Assembly (NCBI RefSeq): GCF_006345805.1
Contig: NC_043014.1
Coordinates: 32,240,001 to 32,304,000 of the forward strand
DNA: 64,000 nt
Origin: Octopus sinensis
Taxonomy: Eukaryota
Reading direction: 5' to 3'
The notes beneath the pieces are model-generated. The model did not search any database. It was not told where the DNA came from and saw only the letters and a program-made list of their open reading frames with translations. The first letter of the stretch is position 1, and each line of letters begins with the position of its first letter. Below are positions 12,176-24,666 of the stretch, piece by piece. Both the position numbers and the translations under genes were made by a program.

Positions 12176-12236
12176 GATAAAACTCTGAGTTTCGGATGCC
12201 GAGGTGGAAATCCACACCACCATCTCTTCGGTTATC
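12176..12236 (-). ncRNA. Type I hammerhead ribozyme-like motif (U4C core variant)
   Basis: Minus strand: GATAA-CCGAAGA-[GATG..GGTGG/CCACC..CATC]C-GAA-ACTCAGAGT-T-TTATC. Stem I is a perfect 5 bp; stem III is ACTC/GAGT. Confidence 0.7.
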
Positions 12237-12991
12237 ATTTAATTAGTCAAGGAACTAAAATCCTTTAAGTGATGCAAGCATCCTAGTTCACTGGTTTATA
12301 CCAGCAATCAGAGAAAACCAAGTATATTAGTTTATCACTGAAACACATAAGTATTTGCATAAACCATTTTAATTTCTGAAATTAAAGAATTGGGTATGGA
12401 AACAGCTGTAGGCAGGAGTTTCTATGTATGAATTTGAATGTCTTTAAATAATAATATTATTACATAAATTTTTATCCATTTTCTTCATTTTCTTATTCAA
12501 AAAGGTGCGTGTATATATTTACATATATGCAAATGCATATGTATTTATGAATGTATGTGTGTGTGTTTGTGTTTGTGTGTGTGTGCTTGCGTGTGTTTGC
12601 ATGTGTGTGTGCATTTCTTTTCTTGTCTTGGCATTGTGTGATAGTTGTAAAAGAATGTCACCAATATACAAGTAGTGTTATTCATCCCAAATCTTTCATG
12701 ATAACATATCTGGCCATAAAGGAAAAAGTCACTCCATGCTTAGACATGATGTGGGTTGGCATCAGGAAGAGTATCCAGATGTAGAAAATCTGCTCCAAAA
12801 AATTATATCTCACTCATGGATTGAATGAAAAATAAACAGTAATAGGATGATGATGATGATGATGAGTATCACACACATATATGTGCATTAATATATATAC
12901 AAATATATACATATATACATATACATATGTACATATACATATATACACATATACATACATACATACATACATACATACATACATACATACA

Positions 12992-13027
<36 letters not shown>

Positions 13028-13369
13028 TATGTACATACATACATGTATATATACACACACACATGCATATATATATGTAGAAAGAGAGAAAGTTTTATTA
13101 AATTTTATGAGCAGCTACAACTACAGACACACACTCACCCTAACTTTGAAATAAGCCTTACAAAAGTAAAAATACTTGGCTTTCTTTCAAAATAATTAAA
13201 AAAATTTTTTGAAAAAGTCAAAGATTTCTGTTGCAACTTGAACTGCTTCTCTATTTTTGGAATTTAAGCTCTGTAGAAATATTTCAAATCCTTACTGGTT
13301 GTTTCATCTCAGTTCTGATTTATTACTAGGATTACAAACAATTAAATAATTGTTGTTCCTTTCTGACAA

Positions 13370-13860
13370 TATTATTCTTTCCCCACAATGTGTATTCCTT
13401 CTGCATGTTGTTATTCCTTCCCACACATTGTAGTTTTTTCTATACAATGTTGTTCCTTCCCCATATTGTTATTCTTTCCCACAATGTTGTTTTGTCTTCA
13501 TGTTGTTATTCTTTCCTATACATTGTAGTTCTTTCTGTACAAAGTTGCTCCTTTCCCATTTTGTTATTCTTTCCCCACAATGTTGTTCCTTCCTCACAAT
13601 ATTATTCCTCCTTTACATTCTTGTTTCTTCCCTGCCTTGTTGTTTCTTTCCATTAATGTTGATTTGCCACATTGTTGTTCCTGCATCCTATTTGCTAATC
13701 CTTCTTTGCAGTTTTGTTCCTTCCTCACATTATTATATCCACACTCCAATTGTTATTCCCTCCCAGCAGTGTTGCTCCTTTCTCACACTGTTGTCCCCCC
13801 CCCCATGTTATTATTCTTGTACTCCAACTGTTGATCCTTCCCTATACTGCAGAATCATTC
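13370..13860. repeat. Degenerate minisatellite (about 20-22 bp, TTGTTATTCCTTCCCCACA-like)
   Basis: Repeated ATTGTTATTC/CCTTCC/CCACA units are visible throughout. Confidence 0.8.
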
Positions 13861-14439
13861 ATGAGGTTTTTGAGTCCATTTTTTTTTTTCCACTAAGATA
13901 TCTTCTCATATTTATCATTTCTTATTTCTCTAGTTTTTGGTATTGTCTATTTAAATTAGTGAAAGATCTCAATCTATTTCAGCTTGAGGGCTTTTCCTAA
14001 AGGATGTAAATATTTATCCTCCTCCAACTACAGAAGGATTCTGTCAGTTCATGATAAGATTTATCATAGCTTCAGGGAGATCAAACACTAGTTGAAAGGA
14101 AGAAGAATTCAACATTGTATTAATCATTGCACATGAAAATAGCCCCACATATTTAATGTAGTGAACTAAGATATTTCTATTAATTAAAACTTCATTTTTA
14201 TTAACCATTTTAATAAATCACTAATGATTAATTATCAAAATATACATTTTCATTAATAATCAATAAGAAATGGTTAATTAATTCTGGCCAAGAATGCCCA
14301 GGCAGAGAACTATGAAACTTAAATGAAGTAAAATTAATTAAAAATAGAATGTGAGCCTTAGAGTGTGAAATTAGTCTGGTTTTGGCAGGAGAAATATGAA
14401 TCTGGATGGTTCAGTTTTAGAAGACTTCTTCGGCAAAGT

Positions 14440-14640
14440 ATAGTTTTTTTACCACCACTGATAGACAGGAACGTCTTTATCTATGCCCATGGTACTATGC
14501 ACATTGAATTAGAATGACACAGGAAAGAATTCCAAAATGGATTCTTCAAGCTGAACCAACTGGTAAGAGACCTAGGAATAGAGCAAGCTTAAGATGGTCA
14601 GATAAAATCCATAGTCTTAGTTGGTCATGCTAGAACCCAC
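14440..14640 (+). mobile_element. RTE LINE ORF C-terminal remnant
   Basis: Frameshifted RMTQERIPK..ILQAEPTGKRPRNRASLRWSDKIHSLSW matches the RTE G.R..GRP..RW.D motif. Confidence 0.6.
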
Positions 14641-14661
14641 TCAGAATAGCAGGCAAAGTTA

Positions 14662-14734
<73 letters not shown>

Positions 14735-14749
14735 GTCTGTCTGTCTGTA

Positions 14750-14783
<34 letters not shown>

Positions 14784-14807
14784 ATTGTATATATATATAT
14801 ATATATA

Positions 14808-16361
14808 CAGTTGCGTCCAAAATGTTCAGAACGGCATTGTTTTCGCCAGAAAAGTAGGTATAAGCTTTTATCAAAGCTGTTTTATATTCTATAATTTTCA
14901 CAGACAATAAATACGATATTAATTGTTATTGTCTGAGATTTTGGTGTAATTTGACAGGATAATAAAAAAGTTATGGATAATTTAGTGATTTACTGCAAAA
15001 CCCATGGTGGCCAAAATGATCAGAACGATTGCTTTTACTCCATGTTTTAGTATATTACCTGGCGAATTCTAATGTTTTGAATTTCTTTATGTGACGGTTC
15101 GTTTACTAAACATTAGTAAGAATATCTGCAGTGTACTTTGTTAATATAATGTCACTTACTCCGTTACCAATTCGTTAGTAGATTATTAAGCTTTGAAAGA
15201 AGGATAATTTAAGTATTGGGTCTATTGCAAAGATTGTTAACAAGTCAAAAATTGTTGTTCACGGTATTCTTAAAGTCTTCGATGATTGTGGTTCATGTGA
15301 AGCAAGAAAGTCTACAGATAGGCCAAGAAAAACGACCAAGAGAGAAGATCGTGCTATGGTAAAGTTGGTTAAAAAGGACAGATTTAAAACTGCTGCTGCT
15401 GTTTCTCGGGAAATGAGCATTGTACTGAAGAAAACGTTATCTCGAAAAACTTGTCTCATCGTTTAGTTGAACATAACCTACAAGCAAGATCACCAGCAGT
15501 GAAGCCACTGATCAACTCCAAAAATAAACCGAACATGTGTTGTGATCTCAAGAAAAATGGCAAACGGTGCTCAGATGGGAAAGGTAGGTTCCTTGAAAAG
15601 TAGGTGAAAAATTTTCGCCTAAATGCCTTAAGACTAGTGTTAAATTCGGTAGAGGAAGTGTCATGGTTTGGGGGATGATATCTGGAGATAGTGTATTACA
15701 TGGAAAGGTAAGTGCAGGAGTTTATAAACAACTTGTAAAAGATCATGTCTTGCCTGTGCTGAGAAATTCAACTAAGCGACCACCCATATTCATGCAGGAC
15801 AATGCCCTATGTCACAAGGCTAAGGTGGTCATGAACTTCCTCAAGGCTGAAAAGGTTATTATTATGGATTGGCCTGCTCAAAGCCCAGATGTCAATCCTA
15901 TTGAAAATGTGTGGAATATTCTAGGAGAACGTTCGAAAGCCAGAAATCCTAAAACAACCGAGCAATTATGGAATGCCCTTCACGAAGAATGGAATAAGAT
16001 CACCTAGCAAGAAATTGAAAATTTAATTTCCTCTTGCAGTCGAAGATGTCAAAGTGTGACTGAAGCTAAAGGGCTTCACACTAAATATTAAATAATTCCA
16101 GTATTCTCTGTTACTTTTGATTATTTTGTTATTTTTTCAACCGTTCTGATCATTTTGGCCGCCATGGGTTTTGCAGTAAATCACTAAATCATCCATAACT
16201 TTTGTATTATCCTCTCAAATTACACCAAAATCTCAGACAATAACAATTAATATTGTATTTATTGTCTGTGAAAATTATAGAATATAAAACAACTTTAGTA
16301 AAAACTTATACTTACTTTTCTGGCGAAAACAATGCCGTTCTGAACATTTTGGCCGCAACTG
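14808..16361 (+). mobile_element. Tc1-like (DD34E) transposon, full length 1554 bp, IR/DR type
   Basis: 220-bp TIRs (14808-15027, 16142-16361), each with outer and inner CCAAAATG(T/A)TCAGAACG repeats. TA flanks on both sides. Confidence 0.95.
15200..16090 (+). pseudogene. Tc1 transposase pseudogene
   Basis: RPRKTTKREDR HTH linker; VMVWGMISG; QDNALCH...WPAQSPDVNPIE with 34 residues between D and E. Stops, frameshifts and a deletion of the first-D region. Confidence 0.9.
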
Positions 16362-16442
16362 TATATAGGTCTGTGATGGTAAGATCAACAAAAAAGTACT
16401 CCATCTGGCAAGAGATAAATATTATTCAATAAGCATAATATA

Positions 16443-17503
16443 TGTTTTTAAGTGTAATTATTATTTTCATGCGATGAAAGCATGCCAGACAATATTTTTT
16501 AACACATCTGGTGTCTCAGCACAATCTTCAGGAACTGCCCACATGGCATAACAAGCTAAAAATAGGATGATAGAATAAAAGAAAAAGTGAGAAAAGGTGA
16601 GAAAAATGTAGATATAAAAGGTGGAAGGTTGAAAAGCCAGAAAACAACGAAGAAGACAGAAAGAGGCAAAGTCGAGGAGGAATTGGAGTTATTTTCCCTT
16701 TGACCATAACATGTAAGGCTGAAAAGATAGTGGCTTAGTGTCTGCAGTACAGCTGCTCAATCCAGAGAGGGCGGTACTTTCCAATTCATCAACAGTAATT
16801 TAGCCATATGGTTATGATTACTGAAAACTTTGGATCTAGAATTTAGCCATGTGATAGAATTCTTAGATCTGAAAATGATCTGATATATGATTAAATCTGT
16901 CAAATATGACACAAGTTACAGTAATGCTGGATAATAACAACCAATAACAAGAGTGATATCAGACTATGTAAAGGCGACATCAAAAATCATTATGCTAACC
17001 TTCTGATACAGGGATAAAGTGAAGCTACACCATGTGTCAACAGATCAAAAAATATAAGCTATGAGTAGTTGAAAGAACTCAAATCTTTTTCAGATCTAAA
17101 AACTCTACCACACTGCTAAATTCTAGATCCAAAATTTTCAGCAGGTGTAAGTATATAGCTAAGTTCCTGTTGATGAATTGGAAAATACCACTGTCCCTGA
17201 ATTGAGCAGCTGTACTGCACACTCTAGGCCACTGTCTTTTCAGCTTTATATTTTATGGTGGAAGGGGAAATAACTCTAATTATCCCCTTTAGCCTCTTTC
17301 TGTTTTCATTTCCGTTTTCCAGTTTCTCAACCTTCCACCTTTTATATCTACTACTTTCTCGTTTTTTTCTCTCATCCTTTCGTCCTATTTTTAGCTTGTT
17401 ATGCCATGTGGTCAATGCCTGAGTATTGCACTGAATCACCAGACGTGTTAAAAAGTACTGTCTGGTATACTTTCATCATGTGAAACTAATAGTAGCATAT
17501 GAA

Positions 17504-17507
<4 letters not shown>
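16443..17507. mobile_element. Foldback-type non-autonomous element with about 430-bp inverted arms
   Basis: 16443-16883 is the diverged reverse complement of 17079-17507. About 195-bp spacer, TA flanks, no coding capacity seen. A deleted derivative lies at 17886-17970. Confidence 0.8.
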
Positions 17508-17543
<36 letters not shown>

Positions 17544-17571
17544 CATACATTATATATATATATATATATAT

Positions 17572-17734
17572 ATCACAATCAAGGAATGGCCATAATAGGC
17601 CATTCACCCACTAGAAATAACAGCCAAAGCTTCAACCGCAAAATAACATTAATTCCATGTTATTTTGCGGTTGAAGCTTTGGCTGTTATTTCTAGTGGGT
17701 GAATGGCCTATTATGGCCATTCCTTGATTGTGAT
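17572..17734. repeat. Perfect palindrome: 78-bp arms, 7-bp spacer
   Basis: 17572-17649 is the exact reverse complement of 17657-17734; spacer TAATTCC. Confidence 0.97.
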
Positions 17735-17972
17735 GTTGAACTTATAAATGGTCTATGACTATTTAATTTTTTCGCACTAGGCCGCTGGTGGCAAATAAAT
17801 TCTACGAAATTTTTTGCCACCCTATATTGATTAATTATATATATATATATATTATATATATATATAATTTAAGAAATACAATGCATGTTTTCATGTGCTA
17901 CTATTAGTTTCATGTGATGAACCTAGACTGAAAAGATAGTGGCCAAGAGTGTGCAGTACAGCTGCTCAATAA

Positions 17973-18007
<35 letters not shown>

Positions 18008-18010
<3 letters not shown>

Positions 18011-18335
18011 CACTGGAAAAGTGTCTTCTATTATAGGCTTGAGTCAACCAAAGTTTTGAGAGTGGATTTGGTAGAGGGAAACTGAAAGAAGCCCCATCTT
18101 ATATATGTATATATCTATGTATGTATCTTTGTGTTTGTACTGCATCCATGCTTGACAACTAGTGTTGGTTTGTTTATGTCCACCTAACTTAGTGGTTCAG
18201 CAGAAGTGACCAATAGAATAAATATCAGGCTTTCAAAGCAAAATGAGCACTGCAGTTGATTTGTTCAACTAAAACCTTTCAAGGTGGTGCCCCAGCATGG
18301 CCAGTCAAATGACAGAAGCAAGTAAAAGATAAAAG

Positions 18336-18340
<5 letters not shown>
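18008..18340 (+). mobile_element. SINE family A-like, 5' truncated and diverged
   Basis: GTGTCTTCTATTATAG...GGAAACTGAAAGAAGCCC...CCCCAGCATGGCC...GTAAAAGATAAAAG. Confidence 0.8.
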
Positions 18341-18366
<26 letters not shown>

Positions 18367-19829
18367 ATATATATGTACATACATATATGTATATAAATTT
18401 TGTACATACTCTAAGCTAACGTATAAACATAATAAAATATATTCATGGTATTTAAGAGCTCAATTATTTAGGCATTATTAAACTCCAGTATATTATTATA
18501 ATGCAATGAATATAGCTGGAATAAATTTACATGTATATAAAGAATCAACTAAAATTATAGCTGAGTGCAAAATATTTAGAATGATAAAAAAATAAATAGC
18601 TGAAAAGCAGAAATTTAAGCTATGAATCCTCAGTTAAATTTCCGCTTTTCTGCCTTTTTATTCATCTAAATATATATTATATTACATTATATTATATAAT
18701 ATATCATATATTATATTATATTATATTATATTGTATCATACAAGAGTACTCGAGCTGTCAATAATGACAGGGTTATTGTTGATAAAGTTACCCAATGGAA
18801 GTTGATAATTAGAGGATGAAGTAAATAAAAATGCCAAAATATCAGGGAAATATGAGAATTGTATTCATCACTACCAAAATAATGTACAGCGATGATTCAC
18901 TGCAGAAGTTCATGAAGAACATTTCTTGTGTAGACATGAGGAGGCATTAACACATCTTGGCTCCCTGAATTTTCAGTCAGTAATTTCAAACATCTCTTAA
19001 CCTTAGCCCTAACCCAGATCAGGTCATTTCACAGATACTGTTGTGGACCGCATGCTAAAGTAGCACTGAAATTTGTTATGACTTGTGATGCTGGGTAAAT
19101 TATTTGAATTTATGAATATTAAAACATTACAAGACAATGTACATAGCAGAATTAATTTCTGAATACAAAAAACCTAAATGGAGCAACTCCAGTAAGTAAG
19201 TGGAGATTTTGTTTGGAAATTTAGAGAGAAAAATTTTTATTGGTCTTAGTGAAAAAAGAAATCTAATCAAACTTAAGTTTCATTTTTCTATATATAATAT
19301 GGCAGTAACTTACTTCAAAAGAACTGTTCAGGCTACAATAATAATCAAAAATCTTTTATAAATGTTGCAATGCATGGCAAATCATCAAAATTTATGGATA
19401 TAAAAACGTTATTTAAGCATTACAAAAGACAAACAGAACAACTAAATAGAGACACTGTTGCAATAAGAAAGGTGAAATGCTGTTGGGTAATTTATCATCA
19501 TCATCATCCAGTGTTTTAAACTTGGGTATTGTCCCCATTAATGGGGATAGCTGGATTTACATCAATGCCATAGCAACCACCCTCACAGCATCTCACCATC
19601 TTGTCTAGTTTGGGGCATCCTCCTTTTTCAAACCAACCTCCATCTGTCCCCTCCACCTTTTCTTCAGTCTACCCCATTTTCGTGTTCTATTTACCTCAAA
19701 CGCAATCACCCTCCACAGAATATGCTCTTCATCCCTCTTCAACACATGGATTTAATCAACTAGACCCCCTCCACCAAAATTTTGGGCCTTTTCCTATGCC
19801 GGAAACAATTATGTTATATTACATCCTCA

Positions 19830-20015
19830 TCATCATTTAACGTCTGTTTTCCATGCTGGTATGGGTTGACAGTTTGACAAGTGTTGGCAAGCCCAAGGAC
19901 TGCATTAAGCTCCACTGTCTGTTTTGGTATGGTTTTTATGGCTGAATGACTTTCCTAATGCCAACCACTTTAAAGGTTGGACTGGGTGCTTTTCATGAGG
20001 CACCAGCACTGGTGA
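19830..20015 (-). mobile_element. RTE 3' UTR copy
   Basis: CATCATTTAACGTCTGTTTTCCATGCTGG...CCTAATGCCAACCAC. Confidence 0.7.
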
Positions 20016-20505
20016 GGTATGTTTATCAAATCATATTATACTGTACATAATCACTCAGTGGGGTAGTAACTGAAAATAAGAGTTAGCTGGGAAATATCCA
20101 CTAAATTGTTGTGAAAGAAAGTTAAGAAAGCTAATCATTACATTTTTTATTGAAGAATCTAGACTGAAACATCGTGGACAGAGCATATGGCACAACTCCA
20201 AGCATAATACCCACGTTCACCAAAATCAAGATGAAAATTATGGTAGCATGTAATGCATAGTATTAAGTTATAAAGTTTGATTCCACATACTTTTATTAAG
20301 AACTAACTTAAAAACCACACTCTGTATGGACTTTTAAGCTAGCTCCTAGGGGAGGGGTGATAATTAGACCTGTGACCCAAAACTAAAGAGAGCAATAATA
20401 ATAAAGCATTTATTGGTACCCTACCGATATAGCATTACCTTACCAATATTACATTACTTTAAATTCAGTTAAAATGAAAGATTTGTAACTCTCTCTCTCT
20501 CTCTT

Positions 20506-20896
20506 TTACTCTTTTACTTGTTTCAGTCATTTGACTGTGGCCATGCTGGAGAACCGCCTTTAGTTGAGCAAATTGACCCCAGGACTTATTCTTTGTAAGC
20601 CTAGTACTTATTCTATCAGTCTCTTATGCTGAACCGCTAAGTTACGGGGATGTAAACACACCAGCATCGGTTGTCAAGCAATGTTAGGGAGACAAACACA
20701 AACACATAAAACACATACAAATATATATATACATATATACGACGGGCTTCTTTCAGTTTCTATCTACCAAATCCACTCACAAGGCTTTGGTCGGCCTGAA
20801 GCTGTAGTAGAAGACACTTGCCAAGGTGCCATGCAGTGGGACTGAACCCAGAACCATGTGGTTGGTAAGCAAGCTACTTACCACACAGCCACTCTT
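20506..20896 (-). mobile_element. SINE family A, full length
   Basis: Reverse complement of the consensus from the GAGTAAAAGAG tail to the GAGTGGCTGTGTGG head. Confidence 0.9.
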
Positions 20897-21294
20897 TTGA
20901 AGTTTTTTTAAAAGTTGAATTTTCAACTGTTAGCATATAACAAACCTTCATCCAGACCTGATCCCAATGTTGAATGTTCAAAAACCAAATGAAGGGCAGA
21001 TTTTTAAATCCAAGATAATCCTGATTCCAAAAAGGTATAATATATCTATGTGGAGCAAACACAGACTGAGATACAGGGATTCCAGACAGACAGCCAGACA
21101 GAATTTCGTATTTTTATTTTTATTATAGAACACAGTAGTGTGATATAAGTTTTCTTACTTTTTAGAATACATCTCAGTTATATATATTTTATATACAATG
21201 AAAGGCAAAAAGTAGTGTATTAGATTGCAGTAGATTGCTTTTGTAGAAGTTGTGTAATGCTGTGTATTATACACGACATTATAGACTTCTAAGA

Positions 21295-21490
21295 TAGTGA
21301 AGTGGCAGAATCATTAGCATGCTAGTGGCTTTTTTTTCTGGCTTTACCTTCTGAGTTCAAATTCCACTGAGGTTGACTTTGCTTTTCATTATTTTGGAGT
21401 TGATAAAATAAGCACCAGCTGAGCACAGGAATAGATGTAATTGGCTAATCCCCTACCCCCTAAAAATTTTTAGCCTTGTCCTAAAATTAG
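21295..21490 (+). mobile_element. SINE family B, diverged
   Basis: GTGAAGTGGCAGAATCATTAGCATG...GAGTTCAAATTCC...GACTTTGCTTTTCAT. Confidence 0.75.
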
Positions 21491-21599
21491 AATGAATTAT
21501 ATGTTTTTTTTTAAATATTTAGGTCCTAAAATTAAGATTTTATTATACTTAACAATGTATTTATATATGAGCTTTTATGGTATTTTCTCATATTTTCAA

Positions 21600-22200
21600 G
21601 AATGGATCTGATTTGTTATAAAATAGCATCTTCTCTCAGATGAATCAATATCTACCCATCCCTTTCAATATGGCCATTGTAGATGTGTGTGAGAAGATAA
21701 AAGAAGCACTCACACAAGATTGTCAATAACTATCAAAAGGTTGTAAAAGTGGTTGTAATGATGGTGGTGGCATCATCGCGTGGAGTTGTTTCACCAGTGG
21801 AAGGTGTTGGAATGAAAGCATCACTGCTATGATATCATACAAAGAAAGGAAAAAAGAAAAAGAAATTGAATAAAAGCATTTCTGTCTTTATACAATAGTT
21901 TACTCATTCCTAGTTTGGCAATATACCAACATGGTGATCTACTTGCTTATTCTGTCCAAAGAGTCTTGAAACGTTTTTCCAAGAACACACAATTGAGACT
22001 TTGTTCAGGTCTGGATAGTCTCCAGACCTAAAGTTCTATCGGAAAATGTGAGATCATTAAACCAAAGCTGAATTCCATAACTTCCAATAAGAAGGAGTAT
22101 TTACTATGAGTCAATCCATGAAGAATGAGACAAATTAAATCTCACATTATTGAAATATTTTGATAACATTTATATAAGAATTAAATAAACTAGAAGATAA
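21600..22200 (+). pseudogene. Highly degenerate Tc1-like transposase remnant
   Basis: FSDES (21633), GGGIIAWSCF (about 21763) and SG*SPDL followed by a frameshifted IGKCE (about 22010) occur in the expected order and spacing. Confidence 0.65.
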
Positions 22201-22784
22201 TATGCTCCTCAATCATCATTTATTAAAGTGTGGATGATGCCTAAACGATAAAATCTCCCTCTCTCTATAATTTTCTCGTCTTAATTGGAAAAAAATTATG
22301 CACAACTATTCTGAATAATATACTTAAACCTCAACAAAAATTTCATAAATACCACCGCATACATTTATAAAGGGGCATTGACCACATATTTTAGTAATAA
22401 AAAGGTTTGTTTATTAGGTTTTCTATATTAGAAACTGTCAGAATATAGTGATTAGGAAACGATATTAAGAGTTAGATAATTCCTTTCTGGATAAGCAAGT
22501 AAAGGACACAACTCAGAATATTTCTGGGCTCTTCATTGTTGTCTCTTGGCTCTGAAGAAAACAAAGTTGCGATATAGAAACATTCATAAAAACATGTTGA
22601 ATAGGAATATATATACTTACACATATACCACAAACACACCCATATATTCATATTTAAATATATATGTATATACAACACACATACACATATGGATATATCG
22701 TTTGCAGAAATACATAAATCCAGAGGAGAAGCATACTCTAAGATGTAGACCAGTTAATATTATATTTGGGGAGGCCAGTTTATT

Positions 22785-22843
22785 GGGTTACTCTGGGTTT
22801 CTGGTGCATATGGGGCTTAGCCTTACAGCATATCTTCAGACCC
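22785..22843 (-). ncRNA. Type I hammerhead ribozyme-like motif, degenerate stem II
   Basis: Minus strand: GGGT-CTGAAGA-(stem II)-GAA-ACCCAGAGT-A-ACCC. The nearby tail 22910-22940 resembles the PLE tail at 36051-36080. Confidence 0.55.
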
Positions 22844-22962
22844 CAAACACTGTGGCCTGAGACCCCTCCATATTTTAAAGAGGTCTCAGATGACTGTCAC
22901 CAAGTATAGCAATATCTGTTTCAACACACATTTTCACATCAAGAAAACAAATACATAAAAGT

Positions 22963-23013
<51 letters not shown>

Positions 23014-23111
23014 ACACCACACACACACACACATATATGTATGTGCATATATGCATGCTAGTGTTTGTGCATGCATCAATTGCAGTATCTTCATCCTCCT
23101 CCTCCTCCTCA

Positions 23112-23555
23112 TCATCATCGTTTAACGTCCGCTTTCCATGCTAGCATGGGTTGGATGATTTAACTGGGGACTGGCGAACCAGATGGTTGCATCAGGATCC
23201 ATTCTTGATCTCGCAGAGTTTCTACAACTGAATGCCCTTCCTAATGCCAACCACTCCAAGAGTGTAATGGGTGCTTTTACGTGCCACTGGCACGAGGGCC
23301 AGTCAGGCGGTACTGGAAACAGCCACGCCCAAATGGTGTTTTTTACATGCTACCTGCACAGGAGCCAGTCCAGCGGCACTGGCAATGACCTCACTCAAAT
23401 GTTTTCTCATGTGCCAGTAAGGCGACGCTGGTAATGATCATGCTCGAATGGTGCTTTTTACGTTCCACCGGCACAGAAGCCAGTTAGCCACTCTGGAAAC
23501 AATCACACTCAGATCATGCTCTTAGCGCTCCACTAGCACAGATGCCAGTCATCAA
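23112..23555 (-). mobile_element. RTE 3' UTR copy with about five 60-bp subrepeats
   Basis: CAT tail, UTR core, then repeated GGTGCTTTTTACGTGCCAC(C/T)GGCAC...GGCAATGA units. Confidence 0.8.
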
Positions 23556-23985
23556 AAAGTGGAAATTTTCACTGTGAATATTTATGTGTATTTCTTCATA
23601 TTTCCTTGGGTCGTGTTAGTATTTATTTCTCTCGCTTTATATTAACAGTTGTGCAAAATAATGGAAATACCTTGATAAATGGAGAAGAAAAGGCCTAAAC
23701 ATAATTTTCAATGGATCTACAACACACACTTTTACTGTAATGCAGTGAACATAAAAGAATGCACTCAGTTCCAACAATTCATAGACATCAAGAGGTATCC
23801 AGCATCCATTACTTGTTTCTTTTAGAGCTGCATGCCTAGGACATGAAAGTACTACCCTAGTCTCAGGAGCATCAATCACACATGGAAGGTATATCAAACT
23901 AAAAGGATGTATCTTTGCTTTTCACTCTTGATCTCTTAGTGCTTTTGAAAAGGGGCAGTTTGCACAAAATATCAGGACTAGTTAA

Positions 23986-24439
23986 CCCTTTGGTATTTAA
24001 ACTGGCCATATTCGGCCAAAATATTCTACTTGTTTTATGCTCAGACTGGCCAGATCTGGCTTTCACACCTGCCCTAGAATGTCACTGTAAAAAGAAATTT
24101 ATTATATTCTTGAAATATTAAAGCTATGAGATAATACATGATAAGTTTAAAGCAATGTGAATAAACAAGCATTGCTAGTGCCACATCATGGTGATGCCAT
24201 GTAAAAGGCACCGGTGCTAGTACCACTTAAAAAGCACTCAGCACACTCTGTAAAGTGGTTGGCGTTTGGAAGTGCATCCAGTTGTAGAAAGCCTGCCAGG
24301 ACAGACAATGTGGTCGGGAGCAACCCTCGGCCTTACCAGCTCCTGTCAACCATCCAAAGCATGCCAGCATGGGAAACAGGCATTGAACGATGATGATGAT
24401 GATGATGATGATGCATTTGATATTCTGAATGTTAGAGGG
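23986..24439. mobile_element. piggyBac-like MITE interrupted by an RTE 3' UTR copy (about 24180-24412)
   Basis: TTAA|CCCT ... AGGG|TTAA termini; body homologous to the 29119, 49727 and 54751 copies. Confidence 0.8.
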
Positions 24440-24479
24440 TTAAATATTTCTCTGGTTATATTTCAATATCTATCCTTCC

Positions 24480-24631
24480 TCTTTTATCTTTTTCTTGCTT
24501 GTCACTGGACTGCCATCTTGCAGGGGTACCAACCTTGAAAGGTTTAAGTTCAAAAAATCGACCTGAGCAATTATATTCTAAGTCTGGAACCTATTCTATC
24601 AATCTCCTTTACTGAACTGCTAGATTACAAG

Positions 24632-24666
<35 letters not shown>

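Noticed and set aside
18995-19016. Telomere-like TTAACCTTAGCCCTAACCC
   Set aside because: Too short and degenerate for an interstitial telomeric array; probably part of a dispersed repeat.
23645-23675. Tc1 TIR-like CAGTTGTGCAAAATAATGG
   Set aside because: No partner inverted repeat or transposase remnant found.
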